In this document: positions 1 to 9,477 of the stretch, piece after piece | How positions within the stretch are numbered: the stretch's first letter is position 1 | Layout of the letters: each line of letters begins with the position of its first letter | Assembly (NCBI GenBank): GCA_045533505.1 | Contig: JAZSHY010000014.1 | Location: 28,361-92,360 of the forward strand | DNA length: 64,000 nt | Reading direction: 5' to 3' | Source: Eubacteriales bacterium | GTDB taxonomy: Bacteria; Bacillota; Clostridia; Oscillospirales; CAG-272 | The notes under the pieces: model-generated | Database searches by the model: none | Told to the model about the DNA's origin: nothing | What the model saw: only the letters and a program-made list of their open reading frames with translations | Program-made: the position numbers and the translations under genes

Positions 1-841
1 GAGGCGTTCCGATGCCCTCGGCATAGGCGGTGCCGACAGAAAGGGCAGCAGAAAGCGAGCCCTCATCGGCGGCAAGCAGATGGAGGCGAAGGGCGGTGGT
101 AGGAAGCCCAGCCGCCATGGCCTCGTTCCCAAGGGCCAAAAGGCTTTCCGCCGTATGCGGGCTTTCCGCCACAGGCTCCTCGGGAAGGGGATTTTTAAAG
201 AACAGCCTGAGCACCGCGGCACGAAGAGCGCGATGGGGCAGAAGCCGCAGAGCCCATGCGGCAGACTCGGGTGAGCGGGGCACTCCTCTGCCGAAAAGAT
301 AGGCCGAAAAAAGGCGTGAGGCAGCCTTCCTGTGCCCTGCACGGGCCGAAAGCTGAAGGTAAGCAAAGCGCACGTCGGCAGGGAGCGAAAGCCTATCTCG
401 TGATTCGGCAAGGCAGAAGGAGGCATCGACGTTGCCGAGCGCGGAGGCAACACGAAGCCAGAGGGCTGCGTTCCCGCGCCCCTCCGAAAGACGGGGGTGC
501 GAAAGCAGAAGGCGGCCAAGGCGGTAGGCTGAGCGCACCGAGCCGTGCTCGGCAGCCTCAAGGTAGGCATCCGCCGCACGCACGAGGTCCTTTTGCGTTC
601 CGATGCCACGCTCGGTGAGGCGGGCCAGGGCCTCCTCTCCGTCAAGAGAGCCGGCACGGCAAAGAAGGGCGTAAAGCGCGTAGGCCTCCTTATCCTTTTT
701 GTCCTGCTCCAGTGCCACCGCGCGGCTGAAAAGAGCCGCGAGCTCGGCCTTATCGGGAGTGGCGGGTGTGCGGCAGGAGGGGCAAAGCAGGCCCGCCTCC
801 TCCAAGGACCACTCCTTTTGGCAACGCTTACAAACTACCAT
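1..841 (-). CDS. Sel1-like (TPR-family) repeat protein with N-terminal CxxC..CxxC zinc ribbon; 3' end lies beyond the left edge
   Basis: Absent from the ORF track because it is open-ended. Manual minus-strand translation from ATG (841-839) gives MVVCKRCQKEWSLEEAGLLCPSCRTPATPDKAELAALFSRAVALEQDKKDKEAYALYALLCRAGSLDGEEALARLTERGIGTQKDLVRAADAYLEAAEHGSVRSAYRLGRLLL..., with no stop down to position 1. The recurring G.G...D...A......AA..G...A...LG pattern is Sel1-like. The + strand ORFs here (30..302, 256..618, 545..868) look like GC-shadow ORFs. Confidence 0.6.
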   Translation of the reverse strand, partial: MVVCKRCQKEWSLEEAGLLCPSCRTPATPDKAELAALFSRAVALEQDKKDKEAYALYALLCRAGSLDGEEALARLTERGIGTQKDLVRAADAYLEAAEHGSVRSAYRLGRLLLSHPRLSEGRGNAALWLRVASALGNVDASFCLAESRDRLSLPADVRFAYLQLSARAGHRKAASRLFSAYLFGRGVPRSPESAAWALRLLPHRALRAAVLRLFFKNPLPEEPVAESPHTAESLLALGNEAMAAGLPTTALRLHLLAADEGSLSAALSVGTAYAEGIGTP

Positions 842-1011
842 AGCGTTCTCCTCGGTAAAAAAATTTGAAAGATTCAGAATTTTAGACTTCCTATGCTATT
901 ATCATACCACATTCCCTTTCTCTTTTGCAAGAGAAAAGAAAAAAAGAGCGAATAAGCTCTTCTCGCATTGGCTATACTGTGAGTAAAGAAACGGTAAAGA
1001 GAGGAACGGTT

Positions 1012-1206
1012 ATGTTTACAAAGCAACGAAAAATGGGGTTTGTGTGTGAGCACCCTCTTATCTCCTGCCTTCTCTCCGTAATGCTCTCCGCCGCCGCGAC
1101 TGCCCTGCTTCTCAAGAAGTGGCATTCGCTTCCCATGATGGCACGGAAGCTGGCGGATACAATGGAGAGCTGCCCATGCGCGGCAGGGACACAGGAGCAA
1201 GAGTGA
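1012..1206 (+). CDS. Small hypothetical membrane protein (64 aa)
   Basis: Internal ATG of ORF 925..1206, preceded by AGAGAGGAA 6 nt upstream. Product is MFTKQRKMGFVCEHPLISCLLSVMLSAAATALLLKKWHSL..., with one hydrophobic helix. A + strand intrinsic terminator follows at 1226-1261. No family recognised. Confidence 0.3.
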   Translation: MFTKQRKMGFVCEHPLISCLLSVMLSAAATALLLKKWHSLPMMARKLADTMESCPCAAGTQEQE

Positions 1207-1225
1207 GGAAACCTCGGAGACGCAT

Positions 1226-1261
1226 GAGGCAGCCAAAAGCCCGGCGGGCTTTGGCTGCCTC
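1226..1261 (+). terminator. Intrinsic terminator hairpin
   Basis: GAGGCAGCCAAAAGCCC-GGC-GGGCTTTGGCTGCCTC forms ~16 bp with one bulged A. It is followed on + by CTTTGTCTTTTTGT. It also sits just 3' of the convergent minus-strand gene ending at 1279. Confidence 0.6.
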
Positions 1262-1278
1262 CTTTGTCTTTTTGTATA

Positions 1279-3000
1279 TCAGTCCACGGTTTTATCAATC
1301 GAAAAGCGTGTGATTTTTCTTGTTGTGGTTTTGGGGAACTCCTCGGTGCGGAGCTTCACGTATTCGATTTTCTTGTAGGGTGCCATGCGCGAATTCACCT
1401 TGGCAACCTCCTCATGGAAATAGGTATCGAGGTCTTTGATGCCGCGAAGGGCCAATGCCTCGGCATCGGGGAAAATCTCTGCCACAATCAGCTCACGGTT
1501 CTTATCCGAGCGGCTCTCGCCCGCATACACCACGGCCTCGGCAATCCCGTAAATGCGCGAGAGCTCGGTCTCGATTTCCTCGGGATACACATTCTTGCCG
1601 TTGGAAAGAATGATAAGATTCTTCAAGCGCCCCGTAATGTAAATCCAGCCCTCGCTGTCAAGCCGACCAAGGTCGCCCGTGTGGAAATAGCCCTCATCAT
1701 CAAAGACTGCCGCCGTGGCTTCCTCATTTTCAAAATAGCCGAGCATGACATTCGTGCCCTTGACGCAAATCTCGCCCTCGCCGTTTTCGTTTGGATTGTC
1801 GATTTTCACCTGCTCACCCACAATGCACCGCCCCACCGAGCCCGCCTTGCGGTAGTTGTTGCGGTTGCAGGAAATAAGGGGAGCACATTCTGTAATACCG
1901 TAGCCGTTCAGAATGGTGATGCCGAGGGACTCAAAGTCACGAATGATATCCGGGTTGAGCGCAGCCCCGCCCGACACGATGAGCCTCATGCGGCTTCCAA
2001 AGTTCGAAAGGACCTCGGCAAAAAGCTTCTCTCTGAGGTCAATGCCCACGCGGCGCAGGGCGTTTGAAATCTTCATCATGCGGCGCACAAGCGAAAGCTT
2101 GCCCTTCTTTTCAATGGCCGCAAATATCTTCTTATAGAAGGTTTCCACATAAAGAGGTACAAGGACAAGGTGCGTCGGGTTCTCCGCCTTCACCTCGTTC
2201 AGAAGATACCTCGTCCCGCTGCTGATGTAAATCTCAATTCCCTGCATATAATGACCTATGAGGTTTACGGTGGAGCCGAAGGTGTGGTGAGCCGGGAGCG
2301 TAAAGAGGGTTTTCTCGGGCATAGAGAAAAGGTAAATCCCGTTCGTCATATCCTCAAGGATATTGCGGGTTGTGAGCATAACGCCCTTTCCCTTGCCCGT
2401 TGTACCCGAGGTGAAGACGATGGAAACGAGCGCGTCGGGGTCAATGGGCTCCTCAAAGAAGCCGCGCTCCCCCTTCTCTATAAGGGCGCCTCCCTCGGAA
2501 ATGAGTTCGTCAACCGATGGGCACTCTCCGTCCCCCATAGGAGAAAACGAAATAAAGGCAGAGAGCGACGGCACATCGGCACGCAGCTGAAGCAGCTTTT
2601 CCTTAAGGCTCGTGCCGAAGATAAGCGCCTCGCAGCGCGCGGTGTTAAGTATGCTCGCCATATCCTCGGCGGGATACTCCTTATCCACGGGGACGACCAC
2701 GGCCCCTATTGAGCAAAGGGCAAAATAGCTGCAAACCCAGCCATAGCTGTTTTCGCCGATAAGAGCAACCTTCCTGCCGCGGAGGCCTCGTGCAGTGAGA
2801 GCGGTGCCAAGCGCGGCAACCTCCTCGTACACACGGCGGAAGGAAAGACGGACCGCATCGGCATCCGCAGGGTTTTTGCGAAAAGAGAGCGCAGGCTTAT
2901 CCCCGAAGCGCTCGGCAGCTCCCTTAAGCATATCACGCACGTCGGCATAGCTGACCGTTTCATACAACGGATAATCTTTTTTTCGGTTAGGGTACTTCAT
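1279..3000 (-). CDS. Long-chain acyl-CoA synthetase (AMP-forming adenylate-forming enzyme)
   Basis: 573-aa ORF with the AMP-binding signature FTSGTTGKGKGVMLTTRNI, GYGITE, and TGDLG..D.EGW.YITGR.K. The C-terminal KTTTRKI lysine motif is typical of the FadD/ANL superfamily. Confidence 0.9.
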   Translation of the reverse strand: MKYPNRKKDYPLYETVSYADVRDMLKGAAERFGDKPALSFRKNPADADAVRLSFRRVYEEVAALGTALTARGLRGRKVALIGENSYGWVCSYFALCSIGAVVVPVDKEYPAEDMASILNTARCEALIFGTSLKEKLLQLRADVPSLSAFISFSPMGDGECPSVDELISEGGALIEKGERGFFEEPIDPDALVSIVFTSGTTGKGKGVMLTTRNILEDMTNGIYLFSMPEKTLFTLPAHHTFGSTVNLIGHYMQGIEIYISSGTRYLLNEVKAENPTHLVLVPLYVETFYKKIFAAIEKKGKLSLVRRMMKISNALRRVGIDLREKLFAEVLSNFGSRMRLIVSGGAALNPDIIRDFESLGITILNGYGITECAPLISCNRNNYRKAGSVGRCIVGEQVKIDNPNENGEGEICVKGTNVMLGYFENEEATAAVFDDEGYFHTGDLGRLDSEGWIYITGRLKNLIILSNGKNVYPEEIETELSRIYGIAEAVVYAGESRSDKNRELIVAEIFPDAEALALRGIKDLDTYFHEEVAKVNSRMAPYKKIEYVKLRTEEFPKTTTRKITRFSIDKTVD

Positions 3001-3320
3001 TATATTTACACCTCACATTGGGGCCCGAAAGCCCGATTTCAAGGACAGTATACCGCAAAATGCAGAAAAATGCTATCTACGATTGCACCGCTTCCCTCTC
3101 ACCGATGTGGAGAACGCGGTTCGAAATTCTCCGTTCTTTTTTTCGTTTCCACTCCCCGTAGAAGCCCGCGGAGCCCGTGAGGATTTTTGTTAAAAAAAGA
3201 AAAGTTTTATTTACATAAAGAAGGGGGCTTCACAAAAAACGCCTCCTCTCGGCAACCCGTGCCGACACCCTCGGACGGAGAACAGCAACAGGCAGAGCCC
3301 GATTTCAGGAGGATTTGGAT

Positions 3321-4241
3321 ATGAAGAACAGGCAAAAAGGAGGGAGCCCTCTCGCGGGTGAGGCAGCGAGGGCTCTTTGCATCGTGCTCACTGCCGTCAC
3401 CGTGGCGGCAGGCCTCCACATCTTTGCCTATCGCGCCAATTTTTCTCCAAGCGGCATCGACGGGCTTGCCACCATGCTTCATTATCTCACAAGAGCGCTC
3501 GGCTTTCCCGTAAATCCCGGTATCTTCACCCTGCTTTTGAACCTGCCCCTTTTGCTTCTTGCCTGGTCAAAGCTTCGCCGCCGCTACGTGCTTTACACCC
3601 TCCTCTATATCGGGGTGCTCTCGCTTTCTCTCGTTTTCTACGAGGCCATCTCGCTTTATCAGTACGACTGCCTGACCGAGGGGACAAAAAACAGCCCCCT
3701 GATTGCCGCCGTTTTCGCGGGTGTCATTCAGGGCCTGACGGGAATCCCCCTGCGCCTCGGCGGCTCCTCCGGGGGCTCGGACATTATCGGAGGGCTTCTT
3801 TTCCTGCGTGCGCCGCACAAGAATATTGAGCAGCTGATATCGCTCGTCGGCTATTGCATTGTGGGGCTTGCCTTTCTCGTCTACCGCGATATAGGGGCAG
3901 CCTGCCTCTCTCTTATTTCGGTATTTGCCTGCGAAAGAGTCAGCGCAAGCCTTCTGCGCCCCACGCGGGGAGCTCTGCGCTTTGATATTTTCGCCGCAGA
4001 GGGGGCAGAGGAGGAAATTCGCCGCTTTGTGCTTTCCCGCCTAGGGCATGGGGTAACCCTCCTTCGCGGAGAGGGAGGCTTTTCCCACGAGGGGAGATGC
4101 GTTCTCGTTTGCCTCGTGGCTTACCCGCAGCTTGGCGATTTTCTCGCCTTTTTAAAAACGCAGAGGGACATCTTCTACTGCTATAACGAGGCACTCGGGC
4201 TGGGAGGCTGCTTCGTGCGCGAGGGGCGCGCCTCAGGTTGA
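3321..4241 (+). CDS. YitT-family membrane protein (C-terminal DUF2179-like domain)
   Basis: Multi-pass hydrophobic N-terminal part, then a soluble C-terminal GHGVTLLRGEGGFSHEGRCVLVCLV motif typical of YitT/DUF2179. The ATG at 3321 sits 7 nt after AGGAGG and is preferred over the TTG at 3315. Confidence 0.8.
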   Translation: MKNRQKGGSPLAGEAARALCIVLTAVTVAAGLHIFAYRANFSPSGIDGLATMLHYLTRALGFPVNPGIFTLLLNLPLLLLAWSKLRRRYVLYTLLYIGVLSLSLVFYEAISLYQYDCLTEGTKNSPLIAAVFAGVIQGLTGIPLRLGGSSGGSDIIGGLLFLRAPHKNIEQLISLVGYCIVGLAFLVYRDIGAACLSLISVFACERVSASLLRPTRGALRFDIFAAEGAEEEIRRFVLSRLGHGVTLLRGEGGFSHEGRCVLVCLVAYPQLGDFLAFLKTQRDIFYCYNEALGLGGCFVREGRASG

Positions 4242-4300
4242 GGATTTTGCCCTAGGGGAGGCGGCTCCGTGCCGCCCTCTTCGGGCTCGGGGAAAGGAGG

Positions 4301-4329
4301 TTGACATTGACGGTAAAAAGTAGTATGAT
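4301..4329 (+). promoter_or_regulatory. Sigma-A type promoter TTGACA-17-TATGAT
   Basis: TTGACA at 4301-4306, a 17-nt spacer, TATGAT at 4324-4329. It lies ~75 nt upstream of the 4405 ATG. Confidence 0.5.
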
Positions 4330-4404
4330 ACCAATGTACGTATTATTTATAGGAGGAGCGCGGCGCGCGTGCCCCGTCGCCCCTTAAGAAAGGATTGACA
4401 CCCT

Positions 4405-7400
4405 ATGGAAAAAACAGCTGTCCTTACTTACCTTTTGGAATGTGCGGATGCGATGAGATTGGATGATAAGCGGAACGCGCTTTCGGCCAACTACTTCATC
4501 GTGGCTCTGATAGACACCTGCCTCGCCTTGAAGGAGGGGGAGCTGAAGGCCGAGCTTGCAACCGAAGAAAATCTTGCGGAGCTGCGTGCGGCAGAGGCGC
4601 TTCTCCGGGCGAGGTGCGATATCACGCCTGCCCTTCGCGACAGAATTCTTTCCGGCGTACGGGAGGAGGGCTACAATCCGCAGCTGGATGAGTTCCAGTT
4701 CCGCAAGGCACTTTTCCGCGTGCGTGAGGAGGCCAAGAAGACCTCCGTGGAAAGGGCGGATGCCTCTCTCTACCTTTCGGTCATTCTCGAATCACCCCCC
4801 GTTCTTCTGCGCACGGCCCTCGGCATGCAGGTCATCGAAACCACCCTGGTTCCGCCGTCCTCCGGCACCGCACGGGAGGAGGCGCGCCCCACTGCCGACA
4901 GCGAGGAGAAGGGGACGAAAAAGCGCCGCAGCTCGGGCACCGCGGCAAGCAAGCCCTTCTCGCTGGACGGCTCTATCAAAAAGGCAATGGACATTCAGCG
5001 CGGGCTGCTCGAAAGGGTGGTCGGTCAGGACCTGGCCGTTGCCGCCTTTGCCTCGGGCTGCTTTCAGAGCGAAATGATTGCCGCCGAAAAGAAAAAGCAC
5101 CGCGGCCCGCTTGCCACCTTCCTCTTTGCGGGCCCTCCCGGCGTCGGAAAAACCTTCCTCGCCGAAAGCGCCGCCGAGCTCCTCGGCCTCCCCTTTCTCC
5201 GTGTGGACATGAGCGAATATGCCGACAACGACTCTCTTGTGGAGTTCTGCGGCTCGGACAATGTATACAAGAACGGCAAAGAGGGTAACATCACAAAGTT
5301 TGTGACCGAGAACCCGAGAAGCGTCATTCTTTTTGATGAAATCGAAAAGGCACACCTGAGCATTATCCACCTCTTTTTGCAAATTCTTGACACGGGCAGC
5401 ATCCGCGACAACTTCACGGACAAGCCTGTTTCCTTTGGAGAGGTAACCGCCATCTTCACCACCAATGTGGGGCGCAAGCTGTACGAGGACCCCTCGGTGC
5501 AGAACCTCGCGGCCATTCCGCGCAAGCGGGTGCTGGAGGCCTTGGCAACCGAACGAGACCCGAAGAGCGGAACCCTCATGTTCCCCACCGCCATCTGCTC
5601 GCGCTTTGCCTCAGGCAACGTCCTGATGTTCAATCGCCTCGGCACCGACAACCTCTACTTCATCACCAAGCGCGAAATTGATTCGCAGGTGGAGGGCTTT
5701 ACAAAGGCAAGCGGCATTCAGGTGGAGGTGGACCGCAAGCTCCCCACCACCCTCATCTTTGCCGCCGGCGGAAAGACCGACGCGCGCACAATACGGGGCC
5801 GCGCCTCCACCATCTTCCACGAGGAGATGTATGAGCTCCTGCGCCTTATGCGTGAATGCGGCGCTAAGGTGGAAAAGCTCAAGAAAATCAAGCTGGAGGT
5901 CTCGCTTGAAAAAAGCGGCCTCGAAACATCCTCGCTCTTTGTAGGGGCCGAAAAGCCCAAGGTCCTCGTCTTCGCCGAGGAGGAAGTTGCCGAGCGTTGC
6001 CGCCGCGCCCTCCCCTCGGTTGAGGTGCTCAGTGCAAGCGACCTTGACTCGGCCAAGGCGCTCCTCTTTAACCACGATTTTCTCCTGATACTTACCGACA
6101 TTGACTGCCGCCGTGACCGCTCCTGCCCGAAGCCTCTTAACAGAGAGGACACCGAATCGGTGGGCATGGAGTTCCTTGCCCATGCGCTCACCCTCGAAGA
6201 AAAGCCTGTCTATCTTCTGCTTGACAGGGATGACGGGCTTTCGGAGGCCGAGCGACTCTCCTTTGCCCGTATGGGCACAAGGGGCTGCTTTGCCATGGAG
6301 GCCGAGGATTTTGAGGAGCAGGTGGTGTCGCGCTGCGACGTTGCCTACCAGCAGGAGGCCGTGGCGCGGCTTGCCCGCGACAGCAAGGTGCTCTCCTATA
6401 AAACGGTGCAGTCGCTCTCGAAGGACGGCTCCCAGGCTACCGTCTCCTTCTGCGGCTTCCGCCTTGCACGTGCCACCGACAGCGACGATGCGGGAAGCAT
6501 TCTGGATGCGGCGGCGCGCCCGAGCACCCGCTTCCCCGACGTCATCGGCGCCGAGGACGCCAAGCGCGAGCTCACCTACTTCTCCGAATATCTTAAGGAC
6601 CCCCGCAAATACGCAAGGCGCGGTCTGCGCGCGCCAAAGGGCGTGCTTCTCTACGGCCCTCCCGGTACGGGGAAAACTATGCTGGCCAAGGCGCTGGCGG
6701 GAGAATCCGACGTCACCTTCCTTGCCACCGAGGGCAACCGCTTCTTAAAGCGGTATGTCGGAGAGGGCCCTGCCGCCGTGCATGACCTCTTCCGCACGGC
6801 GCGCAAGTATGCCCCTGCCATCATCTTTATCGACGAAATCGACGCGATTGCCAAGGACAGGAGCGAAGGCCGCAACGACGAGCAAATCGGAGATATTCTC
6901 ACCGCCCTTCTCACCGAGATGGACGGCTTCTCCCAGAACCCCGACAAGCCCGTCTTTGTCCTCGCCGCCACCAACTACGCGGTGGATAAGTCAAGCGGCA
7001 AATCGCTCGACCCTGCCATACTGCGCCGCTTTGACAGACGCATTTACGTTGACCTGCCGAACAAGGAGGAGCGTCTGCGCTATTGCGAAATGCGTGTTGC
7101 CAAGAGCCCCGCGATGGCCGTCAGCCGTGAGGAGCTTGAAAACCTTGCCATTCGCTCGGTGGGCATGAGCCTTGCTCAGCTGGAATCGGTCTTTGAAATG
7201 GCCCTTCGCGGCGCCGTCCATTCGGAAAACGGCACGGTAGGGGATGCTGAGCTTGAGGAGGCCTTTGAAACCTTCACAAGCGGTGAAAAGCGCAGCCGCA
7301 CCAAGGAGGCGGTGACAAGAACCGCCTGCCATGAGGCGGGGCACGCCCTGCTTTGCTGGCTGGGCGGTGAATGTCCCTCCTATCTCACGGTGGTCTCGCG

Positions 7401-7848
7401 CGGCGACCACGGCGGCTATATGCAGCACGGCGACACTGAGGACAAGGGGGTTTACACCCGTGCCGAGCTGCTCTCGCGCATTCGCACCTCGCTTGCGGGG
7501 CGTGCCGCCGAGCTCGTCTATTACGGCGAGGAGGACGGCGTCACCACGGGCCCGAGCGGCGACCTTGCCCAGGCCACCTCGCTTGCCACGCATATGCTTT
7601 GCACCTACGGCATGGATGATTCCTTTGGCCTCGCCGCCCTTTCAGGCAGCCCCGAAGGCTCCCCCTACTACGGTGAAATCCGCAAAAAAATCAACGGAAT
7701 CCTGGAGGCCGAGCTTCTCCGCGCAAGACACGCAATAGAGGAAAACCGCAGGGCGATGGACGCCCTGGTTGCCGCTCTTGTGGAAAAGAACCAGCTGAAG
7801 GGGAAGGAAATCGAAGCCATTCTTACGGCTACCGTCAAGAGGCCGTAA
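4405..7848 (+). CDS. Soluble AAA+ fusion: Clp-N-like region, ClpA/B-D2-type ATPase, receiver-like insert, FtsH-type ATPase and M41 zinc protease
   Basis: 1147-aa ORF. The first module has VVGQD..A, GPPGVGKT (nt ~5130-5153) and ILFDEIEKAH. The second has GPPGTGKT (nt 6655-6678), IIFIDEIDA and LDPAILRRFDR, followed by HEAGH (nt 7330-7344). No TM-length hydrophobic segment is seen. Confidence 0.9.
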   Translation: MEKTAVLTYLLECADAMRLDDKRNALSANYFIVALIDTCLALKEGELKAELATEENLAELRAAEALLRARCDITPALRDRILSGVREEGYNPQLDEFQFRKALFRVREEAKKTSVERADASLYLSVILESPPVLLRTALGMQVIETTLVPPSSGTAREEARPTADSEEKGTKKRRSSGTAASKPFSLDGSIKKAMDIQRGLLERVVGQDLAVAAFASGCFQSEMIAAEKKKHRGPLATFLFAGPPGVGKTFLAESAAELLGLPFLRVDMSEYADNDSLVEFCGSDNVYKNGKEGNITKFVTENPRSVILFDEIEKAHLSIIHLFLQILDTGSIRDNFTDKPVSFGEVTAIFTTNVGRKLYEDPSVQNLAAIPRKRVLEALATERDPKSGTLMFPTAICSRFASGNVLMFNRLGTDNLYFITKREIDSQVEGFTKASGIQVEVDRKLPTTLIFAAGGKTDARTIRGRASTIFHEEMYELLRLMRECGAKVEKLKKIKLEVSLEKSGLETSSLFVGAEKPKVLVFAEEEVAERCRRALPSVEVLSASDLDSAKALLFNHDFLLILTDIDCRRDRSCPKPLNREDTESVGMEFLAHALTLEEKPVYLLLDRDDGLSEAERLSFARMGTRGCFAMEAEDFEEQVVSRCDVAYQQEAVARLARDSKVLSYKTVQSLSKDGSQATVSFCGFRLARATDSDDAGSILDAAARPSTRFPDVIGAEDAKRELTYFSEYLKDPRKYARRGLRAPKGVLLYGPPGTGKTMLAKALAGESDVTFLATEGNRFLKRYVGEGPAAVHDLFRTARKYAPAIIFIDEIDAIAKDRSEGRNDEQIGDILTALLTEMDGFSQNPDKPVFVLAATNYAVDKSSGKSLDPAILRRFDRRIYVDLPNKEERLRYCEMRVAKSPAMAVSREELENLAIRSVGMSLAQLESVFEMALRGAVHSENGTVGDAELEEAFETFTSGEKRSRTKEAVTRTACHEAGHALLCWLGGECPSYLTVVSRGDHGGYMQHGDTEDKGVYTRAELLSRIRTSLAGRAAELVYYGEEDGVTTGPSGDLAQATSLATHMLCTYGMDDSFGLAALSGSPEGSPYYGEIRKKINGILEAELLRARHAIEENRRAMDALVAALVEKNQLKGKEIEAILTATVKRP

Positions 7849-7880
7849 AGGGGCCCATTCCACGGAAGATACCGCATACA

Positions 7881-7917
7881 AAAGCTGCCCAAGCCGAATT
7901 TCGGCTTGGGCAGCTTT
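7881..7917. terminator. Bidirectional intrinsic terminator between convergent genes
   Basis: Perfect inverted repeat AAAGCTGCCCAAGCCGAA/TTCGGCTTGGGCAGCTTT, flanked by an A-run on the left and a T-run on the right. Confidence 0.7.
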
Positions 7918-7931
7918 TTATTAAGTTTTGT

Positions 7932-9161
7932 TTACAAAAGCATTGGGAGGGGCGGTGTCTCGGCGGAAAGCACGATGGCATGCTCTGCCGCCTCGGTAAG
8001 CTCGGGCACAAGAGCCGGCTCAGCGGCTGAGCCCGTCAACGAAAAGAGAAAGATGAGCAGGGCAAGGAAGGTAAGGCCGCCAAGGACCGCGAGGAGAACC
8101 TTGAAAACCGAGACGGGAGCCTCTCCCGCCACCCTGCCGCTTTCCCCGTTCACGGCAAAGCGATAGAGCTTGCCGCCGTAGCGGTAGGAGGAGAGCCAGA
8201 CAGGGAGAAGAATATGCTTGAAGAGCACCCTCCTATACGTGTGGTTATACTGCATGAAGCGATAGGTATCGTACCCGAGGGACGCACGAATAGTGCTCTG
8301 CATACGCTCCTCCGCCACGGGGCGGATGCGTGCGAAGCCCTCGTCAAGCCCGAGCGTGTATCTCTCGGCCTGAAAGCCAGAAAGATAGGCGGGGTTATAG
8401 ACGTGCAGAACCTTAGTGCCGAAGGGCTCTATTTTTTTCAGCATGTTGGCGTCCACGCCCCGCGAGGCGCAAAAGGAGATATCATCAAAATACTCCCGTC
8501 GCTCCCCCGCCACGGGATACCAATCTGTCACCGTGCGCGTTCTCGTTTGCGTTTTGCCGTTGACACGGACGGTGTAGGTGACCACCCGTGTACGCCCGCC
8601 CTGCCCCGAATAGGAGGTGTCAAGGTCGGTGTCGTAGGTGAAATACGGCAGATATACCCCCTTCATATCGGGGTTATGTGCCATACGGCGGAAGGCGCGC
8701 GGCGCGAAATAACGGCGCCTTGCCCATTTGGCAAACAGGGCCTCTGCCTCCTCGCGCGAGAGCTTGTGGGGCACCATCGTCTCGGGCCTGAGAATCGGCA
8801 GAGCGGGATGCGGCTCGGTAACATAGTGGCTACCGCAAAAGGGACAGCTGACCGTCATGCTTTCTGCCTCCGAAAGGGTTTCGGCACCGCAGGCGGGACA
8901 TACGTGCGTAAAGCTCCCCTCCTCCTCCCAGTTGGGTGCGCTGACCGTGGCGCTCTCCGCGTCATACTCGTACTCGGCAGCCTCGATTTCGGGCGAGGGG
9001 ATTTCCTCGGTTGTGCCGCAGTAGGCGCAAAATAACCCTCCCTCCCTCGGGGAATATACCATGCGATTTCCGCAAGAACGGCAGGGGAATGCACAGCTTC
9101 TCGGTGGGGTGGGCTCAGCGCGGCCTTCCGTCTCCTCCCGTGTATTTTTTCTTTCGTCCAT
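7932..9161 (-). CDS. Hypothetical multi-zinc-ribbon protein with C-terminal transmembrane anchor
   Basis: 409 aa. Four CxxC pairs near the N-terminus (CRSCGN..CAYCG and CPACGA..CPFCG), a ~250-aa conserved-looking beta-rich body, then the hydrophobic helix VFKVLLAVLGGLTFLALLIFLF. No named family recognised with certainty. Confidence 0.75.
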   Translation of the reverse strand: MDERKNTREETEGRAEPTPPRSCAFPCRSCGNRMVYSPREGGLFCAYCGTTEEIPSPEIEAAEYEYDAESATVSAPNWEEEGSFTHVCPACGAETLSEAESMTVSCPFCGSHYVTEPHPALPILRPETMVPHKLSREEAEALFAKWARRRYFAPRAFRRMAHNPDMKGVYLPYFTYDTDLDTSYSGQGGRTRVVTYTVRVNGKTQTRTRTVTDWYPVAGERREYFDDISFCASRGVDANMLKKIEPFGTKVLHVYNPAYLSGFQAERYTLGLDEGFARIRPVAEERMQSTIRASLGYDTYRFMQYNHTYRRVLFKHILLPVWLSSYRYGGKLYRFAVNGESGRVAGEAPVSVFKVLLAVLGGLTFLALLIFLFSLTGSAAEPALVPELTEAAEHAIVLSAETPPLPMLL

Positions 9162-9234
9162 ACTAACCTCCTAAAGGGAAACGGCGCCGCTGTTCTTTTC
9201 AGCTGCGCCGTTTCATACAATAGAGAATAAGAAA

Positions 9235-9477
9235 TCAGCGCTTGCCGATTTCCTCGCGGCAACGCTTGCAAATTTTTCTGCCGCAGTATTCCGCAATATC
9301 CTCTCCGCTGCCGCAGAAAAGGCAAAGGGGAAGATATTTGGAAAGCACAATGTGCTCGCCGTCCACAAAAATTTCAAAGGCATCGCCATCGCCAATGTTC
9401 ATCGTGCGGCGCATTTCCATCGGAATAACCACACGCCCAAGCTCGTCAATTTTGCGCACCATGCCGGTAGATTTCAT
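9235..9477 (-). CDS. AbrB/SpoVT-family transition-state regulator with Cys-rich C-terminal tail
   Basis: The N-terminus MKSTGMVRKIDELGRVVIPMEMRRTMNIGDGDAFEIFVDGEHIVLSKY is near-identical in pattern to B. subtilis AbrB. The C-terminus carries CLFCG...C....CKRC. Confidence 0.85.
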   Translation of the reverse strand: MKSTGMVRKIDELGRVVIPMEMRRTMNIGDGDAFEIFVDGEHIVLSKYLPLCLFCGSGEDIAEYCGRKICKRCREEIGKR

